Assembly (NCBI RefSeq): GCF_963921235.1
Contig: NC_086097.1
Coordinates: forward strand, 96,288,001-96,352,000
Direction: 5' to 3'
Length of the DNA stretch: 64,000 nt
From: Mobula hypostoma
Taxonomy: Eukaryota
Shown in pieces: positions 54,139 to 64,000 of this stretch. The notes beneath the pieces are model-generated. The model was not told where the DNA came from, made no database searches, and saw only the letters and a program-made list of their open reading frames with translations. Position 1 is the first letter of the stretch. Each line of letters starts with the position of its first letter. A program made the translations under genes and the position numbers.

Positions 54139-55259
54139 AACTGAAGGAAGAGTGAGTAAGGGATTTGAAAGTTGGAGGGGGAGGGGGAGATCCAAAATGA
54201 TAGGAGAAGACAGGAGGGGGAGGGATGGAGCCAAGAGCTGGACAGGTGATAGGCAAAAGGGATACGAGAGGATCATGGGACAGGAGGTCAGGGAAGAAAG
54301 ACAAGGGGCGGGGGGGGGGACCCAGAGGATGGGCAAGGGGTATATTCAGAGGGACAGAGGGAGAAAAAGGAGAGTGAGAGAAAGAATGTGTGTATAAAAA
54401 TAAGTAACAGATGAGGTACGAGGGGGAGGTGGGGCATTAGCGGAAGTTAGAGAAGTCGATGTTCATGCCATCAGGTTGGAGGCTACCCAGACGGAATATA
54501 AGGTGTTGTTCCTCCAACCTGAGTGTGGCTTCATCTTTACAGTAGAGGAGGCCGTGGATAGACATGTCAGAATGGGAATGGGATGTGGAATTAAAATGTG
54601 TGGCCACTGGGAGATCCTGCTTTCTCTGGTGGACAGAGCGTAGGTGTTCAGCAAAGCGTCCTCCTAGTCTGCATCGGGTCTTGCCAATATATAAAAGGCC
54701 ACATCGGGAGCACCGGATGCAGTATATCACCCCAGCTGACTCACAGGTGAAGTGTTGCCTCACCTGGAAGGACTGTTTGGGGCCCTGAATGGTGGTAAGG
54801 GAGGCAGTGTAAGGGCATGTGTAGCACTTGTTCCGCTTACACGGATTAAGTGCCAGGAGGGAGATCAGTGGGGAGGGATGGGGGGGGATGAATGGACAAG
54901 GGAGTCGCGTAGGGACTCCAACCTGATGGCATGAACATTGACTTCTCTAACTTCCGCTAATGCCCCACCTCCCCCTCAGACCCCATCTGTTACTTATTTT
55001 TATACACACATTCTTTCTCTCACTTTCCTTTTTCTCCCTCTGTCCCTCTCGCTATACCCCTTGCCCATCCTCTGGGTTTTCCCCCCCTCCCCCTTTTCTT
55101 TCTCCCTGGGCCTCCTGTCCCATGATCCTCTCATATCCCTTTTGCCAATCAACTGTCCAGCTCTTGGCTCCATCCCTCCCCCTCCTGTCTTCTCCTATCA
55201 TTTTGGATCTCCTCCTCCCCCTCCAACTTTCAAATCCCTTACTAGCTCTTCCTTCAGTT

Positions 55260-55295
55260 AGTCCTGACGAAGGGTCTCGGCCTGAAACGTCGACT
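55260..55295 (+). ncRNA. Minimal hammerhead ribozyme motif (core intact)
   Basis: AGTC CTGACGA AGG GTCTCGG CCT GAAA CG TC GACT. Confidence 0.8.
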
Positions 55296-58200
55296 GCACC
55301 TCTTCCTAGAGATGCTGCCTGGCCTGCTGCGTTCACCAGTAACTTTTATGTGTGTTGCTTGAATTTCCAGCATCTGCAGAATTCCTGTTGTTTGCATTTT
55401 TAAAGAAAGGTATTTGGTTATTGACATGAAGCACAACATTTGTTAATTAAACACCAGATTCACAGTCATAATGTTCTGTATTTACTTATTAAAAGCAGTG
55501 ACTCTTCACAGAAGGCTCCCATGGAGTCACAGAGCATATTCCAGAGCATATTTGATTCCAGACTCTATATCTTAAAGTCATCATTAGCTAGTACATCAGT
55601 TCAGTAGTTACTAAAGCCCTTAACGGCATTAAGAGCAATATAAAATCTTTTGCCAAACTCTGTTTTACTTTCATTTTCCATAAATATTAACTTTGCCCTA
55701 GACCCTAACTCCATCTCTAGCGTCACAATTGGCCCATCGTCCAGACTCCATTTATACTGTGGACTACCAGTTCATTCTCCATACAGATGAGTTAGACAGA
55801 TGCTGAACTATGACCATTTGAATTTGGATGGGGGATTATCAAAGTTTCACTGTAAACTCATTTATTAGAAGTACACAACATAAAAAGATCTGCTAACATA
55901 TGACTTGCATATTGCAATGTTTAGGAGCTACAGTATAGTAAGATATTACTCAAATATTTAATGGATTATTTCACCGCTATATGAGTACAATCTGTCTTGA
56001 TATTAATGAGTAGAAATGGCATCATGGCAGTTCTGGTAATCACATTAGAGTAAGATTAGCTTGTATTCCATAACTTATCCACATACTTAGAACAATTTAC
56101 AGCTGGGCAATTTACCTGTCTACTTTTATGTCTTTAGAACGCAGAAGAAACTAGAACACCTGGAGGAATGTGTGGTGACATTTGTGGGCTGCCCCCAACA
56201 CATGTTTCAATGTACATGTGATAAATAAATCTGAAACCCATATTAACACAGAGAGAAGGTGGACACAGACAGCACTGGGTCAGATTCAAACCTGGGCTAC
56301 TGGAGCTATGAAGCAGCAGCTCTACCAGCCGTGCTACTATTCCACAATCCCAAGAAAAGCCTAATTTTTATGATTAGTTCAATCCGTCAGTAGATTACAA
56401 CAGACGACAAGGGCAATTCGAAGGGCTTAATGCACTCATGGAACCTTTAAACTTGTTTGTAAATAGAACACAGATTGTAGAGAGATGTCTTTGATTCAAC
56501 CCATAGAACCAATAGCACAGAAGTATTAATGCTGTAGCTGCTCTTCTGAATGTTAATCACCAGTAGCTTTTCTACCTAACATGGATTTATGTTGGGCTTG
56601 AGAAGTGCAAAAATTTCATTAGCACTATTCTTAAATACTGCATACCATTAAGAACTAATCTGCTTAGCTATTTGGATCAACATTAATGGAAATTAGTTTT
56701 GGAAAATAAAATTCAAAGCTGTCCCGAAATATCAAAAATCCCATCCACTCCAACAGATGCGGCTTAATTTGTTGAGTTTCTTCAGTAGATTGTTACTGAA
56801 GCTGTTACTTGGATGAAAACTCTACAACCCGATTCTCTAATTTTGGCCTACTGTCTTGCATATTGATATAAACCAGACACAACAACAATATTGAATTAAT
56901 CTTGTTGGGAAACCTCATGAAGTATAATAGTGCCAATAAAATCAGACATATGGTCATTAATAAAATAAGTAACCATAGAAATGGACTGGAATTTAGTCAT
57001 GACCCTGAGAGCCTGGCCAGGGAAAAGGTTGCTAAGTGATTTTTTTTCCTGAGTCCATAAAATGTCTTAGCATTTCAAATAAAACTTCTTTATGCACACC
57101 GGTGAATCCCTCCAACGAATCTCCTTGTGCATTTTGAGGGCATCTAACATCATCTCCTATTAACATCAAAAGAATCTGTAACTGTGAATTCCTTTTGAAT
57201 GGGAACCATAACTTATAGCTATAAATGATCAACTGCAAGACAGTTCCATGGATCATGATGCTCAGTTGGAAACAAAGTGAATCTGAGGAAGTCATCCATG
57301 TTAGTGTGAAAACTGCAGCATCTTTCATTTTCTGTTGGACTCTGGTTAAAGCTTAGCTTCAAGAGCAAATCAGAATTAACAAATTCTCATTATGTATATT
57401 TTTAAACAAATGTGCATCCACATTCAAAGATACATCTTATGATAGAAAATTGGTTAGTAATTTGAGACACAGCACACATGAATAAAAAGATATCAAATAT
57501 AGATGGAAGACTAAATATATGGATATATGTAAAGGATATGTAAAGGACATGCACTGTATATATAAATATACCACATAAGTTTGTGTAGAATTAACTCCAC
57601 AAAGACAGATATAGAGTGCCAAACAAGCTTTCAAAATAGTGACAAGTTACAAGGATAGAACAGAAAATAAATAAACACTGTTAAACCAGTTAGTATGAAT
57701 AACATATACATACTTTGTCAATAAATTTACTTTGAACTTAAACAACTGGAGCACAACTCATGGTATTTATCATTTAAAAGGTAGAGCTAAAACCCTAAAC
57801 AACTGAAAGCATTTAATTACACTTTGGCATCATGTCAGTTGTAATCTTCCTACTCTGGTACATTTTGTTCTACAACTGGTCATCTATTCCCTTCTCCTGA
57901 AACTGAAATTTCCTTTGCATTCCTTTGAAAAGACAAAGAAATTGGAAAAGGTATGAAGGAGCTGGGGAGGGAGTTTTACCATGACTTCCTTTGCAATAGA
58001 GTTAATTGGGGGGGGATATTGGGGGTAGGAAAGGAGGCAGGAGCCACTCTGTCTGTTAGATTATAAAGCTGGGACCTACAGTACCATATACTTTACCGAA
58101 CTCTGAGGCTTGCACTTTGGCTGACTTCCTTCATACTGGTTCTGATCACATTTTATTATACCCCCGACTGCCCAAGTCCAAGAAATATTGCTCTCCATAG

Positions 58201-58788
58201 TCTTGCACCTCTAATAGGGTAGTGACACTCTCTTCCAAGGTAAACATCATGCTTCTTTTATTCAACAACTTGTGTTTCTTTGTGATACAGGAGCTGCCAG
58301 AATAGATCGCCAACAATCACAAAGGGGGAAGATAAGGCTTTTAAAAAATGCACTTGCTTTGCATGAAAATGAGATTGATTTTCATTAACCTTCAGTAACC
58401 AGGTAATTACCCTATGAAAATGAATCAGTATTTTAAAATAATTCTTTAATACGTCACAAAAATCTTGAAGTGTAATAATAACTATTATATACAGTAGGTG
58501 CAACTATCAACCATCTTGTACACAATAGGATGATATTGATGATATATAATAAGATGATATTGATGATATTGTACACAATAAGATGATATAGCACTGATAT
58601 TTCTTGACGAGACTAGATGAGAATGAAATGCTTGCCAGTAATGCTAATAATGCATACAGAAGAACAGATAATAACAATGTCATATTTCCTAAGTGGTAGA
58701 AATGCAGCATATTTATATTTTATAGAAATGAATCTGAGTACAGAAGATCATTTGGTTCATTCAGCTTGTGCTACATTTTTGGAAGGAG

Positions 58789-59275
58789 TGCCTCCCATAT
58801 AACCCCCCACCTTAAATTCCTCCATATATCTGTCTAGTAGTCTCTTAAACTTCACTAGTGTATCTGCCTCCACCACTGACTCAGGCAGTGCATTCCACAC
58901 ACCAACCACTCTCTGAGTAAAAAACCTTCCTCTAATATCCCCCTTGAACTTCCCACCCCTTACCTTAAAGCCATGTCCTCTTGTATTGAGCAGTGTTGCC
59001 CTGGGGAAGAGGCGCTGGCTATCCACTCTATCTATTCCTCTTATTATCTTGTACACTTGTATCATGTCTCCTCTCATCCTCCTTCTCTCCAAAGAGTAAA
59101 GCCCTAGCTCTCTTAATCTCTGATCATAATCCATACTCTCTAAACCAGGCAGCATCCTGGTAAATCTCCTCTGTACCCTTTCCAATGCTTCCACATCCTT
59201 CCTATAGTGAGGCGACCAGAACTGGACACAGTACTCCAAGTGTGACCTAACCAGAGTTTTATAGAGCTGCATCAT
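58789..59275 (-). mobile_element. CR1 LINE 3' part (continuation of 62942-64000), same family as 36268-38990
   Basis: ORF 58757-59275(-): MMQLYKTLVRSHLEYCVQFWSPHY..TRGHGFKV; near-identical to the 38388-38920 region. Confidence 0.95.
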
Positions 59276-62200
59276 GGGGGCAGGGGGGCAGATAGGAGAT
59301 TTTGTGGGGGAGATCGGGAGTCTCGGATGGTATGTTGCCTCCCTGGTGCCGGGGTCCGGGACATCTCAGATCGGGTGCAGGTTATTCTCGAGAGGGAGGG
59401 CAAGAATCCAGATGTTGTGGTCCATGTAGGGACCAACGACGTGGATAGGAAGAGTGAGGGGGTCCTGCGTAGTGAGTTCAGGGAGTTAGGTGCGAAGCTG
59501 AAGGGCAGGACCTCCAGGGTAACAATCTCAGGATTGCTACCTGTGCCACGTGCAAGTGAGGCGAGGAACAGAAGGATTATACAGATCAATACGTGGCTGA
59601 GAGGATGGTGCAGGAGGGAGAGCTTCAGGTTTTTAGATAATTGGGCTTTGTTCCAGGGAAGGTGGGATCTGTTCCGACGGGACGGTTTACACCTGAAATG
59701 GAGGGGTACTAACATTCTTGCAGGAAAGTTTGCTAGTGCTGCTTGGGGGGGTTTAAACTAAATTTGCAGGGGGCAGGGATCCAGAATGTGAGAGAGGATA
59801 GCGAGATGAAGTATAAAGGACAGGTGGGAACTACACGGTTCCGGAATATTAAGTGTGAAGTAGAGAAAGGTGAGGCGGAACGAGTGATAAGGAGGATACA
59901 TGTGCAGAGGGATGGTCTGATGGAGCATGGAGTTAAATGTGCAGAAAGAGTAAGTAAATTTAAGAAGGACAACAAAATTCAAGGGGCGTATAGCCTGGTG
60001 AGAGTTCGGGGAGCTGGGTTATGCACAATATGCAGCGGTTTAAACAGAGACAGGAGAAATGGGTTAAAAATTCTATATCTGAATGCACGAAGTGTCAGAA
60101 ATAAGGTGGATGAGCTTGAAGCTCAGGTGCGAATGGGTAACTATGACGTTGTTGGGATAACGGAGACATGGCTGCAGGGGGATCAGACCTGGGAATTGAA
60201 TGTACAAGGGTATACGTGCTATCGAAGGGACAGAAAGGTGGGCAGAGGGGGTGGGGTGGCCCTGTTGCTGAGGAATGAGATTCAGTCCCTTGCAAGGGGG
60301 GACATAGAATCAGGAGAAGTAGAGTTAGTATGGATAGAATTGAGGAACAATAAGGGCAAAAAGACCCTAATAGGTGTTATCTACAGGCCCCCAAACAGTA
60401 GCATGGATATTGGGTGCAAGTTGAATAGGGAGTTAACAATGGCATGTGGCAAAGGAAATGTCGCAGTAGTTATGGGGGATTTCAACATGCAGGTGAACTG
60501 GGAAAATCAGGTTGGTACTGGACCCCAGGATAGGGAGTTTGTAGAGTGCCTACGGGATGCATTTTTGGAGCAGCTTGTACGAGAGCCGACCAGGGATAAG
60601 GCTATTCTGGATTTAGTGTTGTGCAATGAACAGGATTTGATAAGTGATCTTGAAGTAAAGGAGCCATTAGGAGGTAGTGACCATAATATGATAAGTTTTT
60701 ATCTGCAAGTTGAGAGGGATTAGGGCAGATCAGAAGTGTCAGTATTGCAGTTGAACAAAGGAGACTATGGAGCCATGAGGGAGGAGCTGGCCAAAGTTGA
60801 CTGGTCGGATATCCTAGCAGAAAAGACAGTGGAACAGCAATGGCAGGTATTCTTGGGAATAATGCACAAGGTGCAAAATCAGTTCATCCCCTGGAGAAGG
60901 ATTCAAAGGGGGGAAAGTGGCCACAGTGATTGACAAAGGAAGTCAGAGATAGCATAGCATTAAGAAAGAAGTATAACAGAGCTAAGGTGAGTGGGAAGAC
61001 GGATGATTGGGAAATTTTTAAGGAGCAACAGAACTTAACTAAAAAGGCAATACGGGGAGAAAAAATGAGGTATGAACGCAAGCTAGCTAGGAATATAAAG
61101 AAGGATAGCAAAAGTTTTTTTTAGGTATGTGAAGAGAAGAAAGATAGTTAAGAACAATGTTGGGCCTTTGAAGAATGAATTGGGAGAAATTGTTATGGGA
61201 AACAGAGAAATGGCAGATGAATTTAATAAGTACTTTGGATCTGTCTTCACTAGGGAAGACACAAGCAATCTCCCAGATGTATGGATGGGTCAAGGACATA
61301 GGGTAACAGAGGAACTGAAACAGATTGACATTAGGAAGGAAACGGTGATGAGTAGACTGATGGGACTGAAGGCTAACAAATCCCCAGGTCCAGATGGTCT
61401 GCATCCTAGGGTACTAAAGGAGGTGGCTCTGGAAATTGCGGATGCATTGGTGATCATTTTCCAATGTTCCTTAGATTCAGGATCAGTTCCTGAGGATTGG
61501 CGAATGGCTAATATTATCCCACTTTTTAAGAAAGGAGGGAGGGAAAAAACAGAGAACTATCGCCCTGTTAGCCAAACATCAGTAGTGGGGAAGATGCTAG
61601 AGTCCATTATTAAAGATGAAATAGCTGCATATCTTGATAGCAGTGATAGGATTGGGCCCAGCCAGCATGGATTTACCAAGGGCAAATCATGCTTGACTAA
61701 TCTATTGGAGTTTTTCCAGGATGTAACCAGGAAGATAGACGCGGGAGATCCAGTGGATGTGGTGTACCTTGACTTTCAGAAGGCATTTGATAAGGTACCA
61801 CATAGGAGATTGGTGGGTAAAATCAGAGCTCATGGCATTGGGGGAAGGATATTGACATGGATAGAACACTGGTTGGCAGATAGAAAGCAAAGGGTGGGAG
61901 TGAATGGGTGTTTCTTGGAATGGCAGGTGGTGACTAGTGGGGTGCCACAGGGCTCGGTATTGGGACCACAGTTGTTTACGATTTACGTCAATGATTTAGA
62001 GGAAGGCATTGTGAATAACATCAGCAAGTTTGCTGATGATACTAAGCTGGGTGGCAGTGTGACATGTGATGAGGATGTTAGGAGAATTCAAGGTGACTTG
62101 GATAGGCTGGGTGAGTGGGCAGAAACTTGGCAGATGGCGTTTAATGTGAATAAATGTGAGGTTATTCACCTTGGAAGCAAGAACAGGAAGGCAGATTATT

Positions 62201-62941
62201 ATCTGAACGGTGTGGAGTTAGGTAAGGGTGAAATACAAAGAGATCTAGGAGTACTTGTTCATCAGTCTCTGAGGGTGAATGAGCAAGTGCAGCAGGCAGT
62301 GAAGAAGGCTAATGGAATGTTGGCCTTTATTACAAAGGGAATTGAGTACAAGAGCAAGGAAATCCTTTTGCATTTGTACAGGGCCCTGGCGAGACCACAC
62401 CTGGAGTATTGTGTGCAGTTTTGGTCTCCAGGATTAAGGAAGGACATCCTGGCAGTGGAGGAGGTGCAGCATAGGTTCACTAGGTTAATTCCTGGGTTGT
62501 CCGGACTGTCTTATGCAAAGAGGTTAGAGAGACTGGGCTTGTACACGCTGGAATTAAGGAGATTGAGGGGGGATCTGATTGAGACATATAAGATTATTAA
62601 GGGATTGGACAAGATAGAGGCAGGAAATATGTTCCAGATGCTGGGAGAGGGCATGGTTTAAGAATAAGGGGTAGGTCATTTAGGACAGAGTTGAGGAGGA
62701 ACTTCTTCTCCCAGAGAGTTGTGGAGGTGTGGAACGTGCTACCTCAGAAGGCAGTGGAGGCCAATTCTCTGGATGCTTTCAAGAAGGAGCTAGATAGGTA
62801 TCTTATGGATAGGGGAATCAAGGGTTATGGGGACAAGGCAGGAACCGAGTATTGATAGTAGATGATCAGCCATGATCTCAGAATGGCGGTGCAGGCTTGA
62901 AGGGCCAAATAGTCTACTTCTGCACCTATTGTTTACTGTCT
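59276..62941 (+). mobile_element. Long CR1 LINE with ORF1 SGNH/GDSL esterase C-terminal part and full-extent but disrupted ORF2; 5-bp TSD ATCAT
   Basis: ORF1: MVCCLPGA, VVVHVGTND, DGLHL. ORF2: LYLNARSVRNK, GITETWL, YRPP, GDFN, SDH, then the 510-aa RT ORF 61129-62661 with KFADDTK. TAG at 60721 and frameshifts near 60890 and 61120. ATCAT at 59271-59275 and 62942-62946. Confidence 0.95.
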
Positions 62942-64000
62942 ATCATTACATCGCGGATCTTAAACTCTATCCCTCGACTTATGAAAGCTAACACCCCATA
63001 AGCTTTCTTAACTACCCTATCTTCCTGTGAGGCAACTTTCAGGGATCTGTGGACATGTACCCCCAGATCCCTCTGCTCCTCCACACTACCAAGTATCCTG
63101 CCATTTACTTTGTACTCTGCTTTGGAGTTTGTCCTTCCAAAGTGTACCACCTCACACTTCTCCGAGTTGAACTCCATCTGCCACTTCTCAGCCCACTTCT
63201 GCATCCTATCAATATCTCGCTGCAATCATCAACAATCCTCTACACTATCTACAACACCGCCAACCTTTGTGTCATCTGCAAACTTGCGAACCCACCCTTC
63301 TATCCCCACATCTGGGTCGTCAATAAAAATCACGAAAAGTAGAGGTCCCAGAACAGATCCTTGTGGGACACTACTAGCCACAACCCTCCAATCTGAATGT
63401 ACTCCCTCCACCACGACCCTCTGCTTTCTGCAGGCAAGCCAATTCTGAATCCACCTGGCCAAACTTCCCTGGATCCCATGTCTTTTGACTTTCTGAATAA
63501 GCCTACCATGTGGAACCTTGTCAAATGCCTTACTAAAATCCATATAGATCACATCCACTGCACTACTCTCATCTATATGCCTGGTCACCTCCTCAAAGAA
63601 CTCTATCAGGCTTGTTAGACACGATCTGCCCTTCACAAAGCCATGCTGACTGTCCCTGATCAGACCATGATTCTCTAAATGCACAGAGATCCTATCTCTA
63701 AGAATCTTTTCCAACAGCTTTCCCACCACAGACGTAAGGCTCACTGGTCTATAATTACCCGGACTATCCCTATTAACATTTTTGAACAAGGGGACAACAT
63801 TCGCCTCCCTCCAATCCTCCGGTACCATTCCCGTGGACAAAGAGGACATAAAGATCCTAGCCAGAGGCTCAGCAATCTCTTCTCTTGCCTCGTGGAGCAG
63901 CCTGGGGAATATTCCGTCAGGTCCCGGGGACTTATCTGTCTTAATGTATTTTAACAACTCCAACACCTCCTCTCCCTTAGTATCAACATGCTCCAGAACA
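62942..64000 (-). mobile_element. CR1 LINE RT region, runs off the window edge
   Basis: ORFs 63229-63966(-) and 62926-63225(-): [25 protein letters not shown]. Confidence 0.95.

Larger units (their letters stand above)
54043..55397. mobile_element. Fold-back Penelope-like insertion: minus arm 54043-~54912 (with GIY-YIG) joined to plus arm ~54916-55397; 15-bp TSD TTTTAAAGAAAGGTA
   Basis: TSD copies at 54028-54042 and 55398-55412. ORF 54437-54763(-) contains GVIYCIRCSRCGLLYIGKT. The arms are reverse complements over ~440 bp. Confidence 0.92.

Noticed and set aside
57100..57143. Another short AG..GT bounded minus-strand segment
   Set aside because: Weak donor (gtgtgc) and no RMDN-like peptide in any frame I read.
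58518..58600. Short GATGATATT-type repeats
   Set aside because: Ordinary low-complexity local duplication.
61129..62661. 510-aa RT ORF as evidence of an active LINE
   Set aside because: Upstream ORF2 has a TAG at 60721 and frameshifts, ORF1 is 5'-truncated, and the C-terminus ends early.

Overview
Eukaryotic, repeat-dense vertebrate genomic DNA. The mix of CR1, Penelope-like, RTE and hAT families suggests a cartilaginous fish (inference). The window is almost entirely intronic. Two short GT-AG exons on the minus strand (48407-48482 and 32031-32108), neither recognisable from the ORF track, splice in frame to a conserved segment of an RMDN/FAM82-family protein, most like RMDN3/PTPIP51. Positions 855-20600 are a ~19.7-kb C-rich satellite built from a small alphabet of 7-bp units. 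It runs directly into the 3' end of an LTR. A second, complete LTR (21112-22492) carries only ~20 related heptamers at the homologous position, so the satellite appears to be a >100-fold expansion inside one LTR of a miniature Tf1/sushi-type Gypsy element with a 166-bp interior and a self-priming signature. The rest is nested mobile DNA: several CR1 LINEs, Penelope-like elements (RT plus GIY-YIG) whose ends carry minimal hammerhead ribozymes and twice form fold-back insertions with TSDs, an RTE fragment, a decayed hAT transposase and MITEs. Family and gene calls come from motif recognition only; no database search was run, and edges of decayed elements are approximate.
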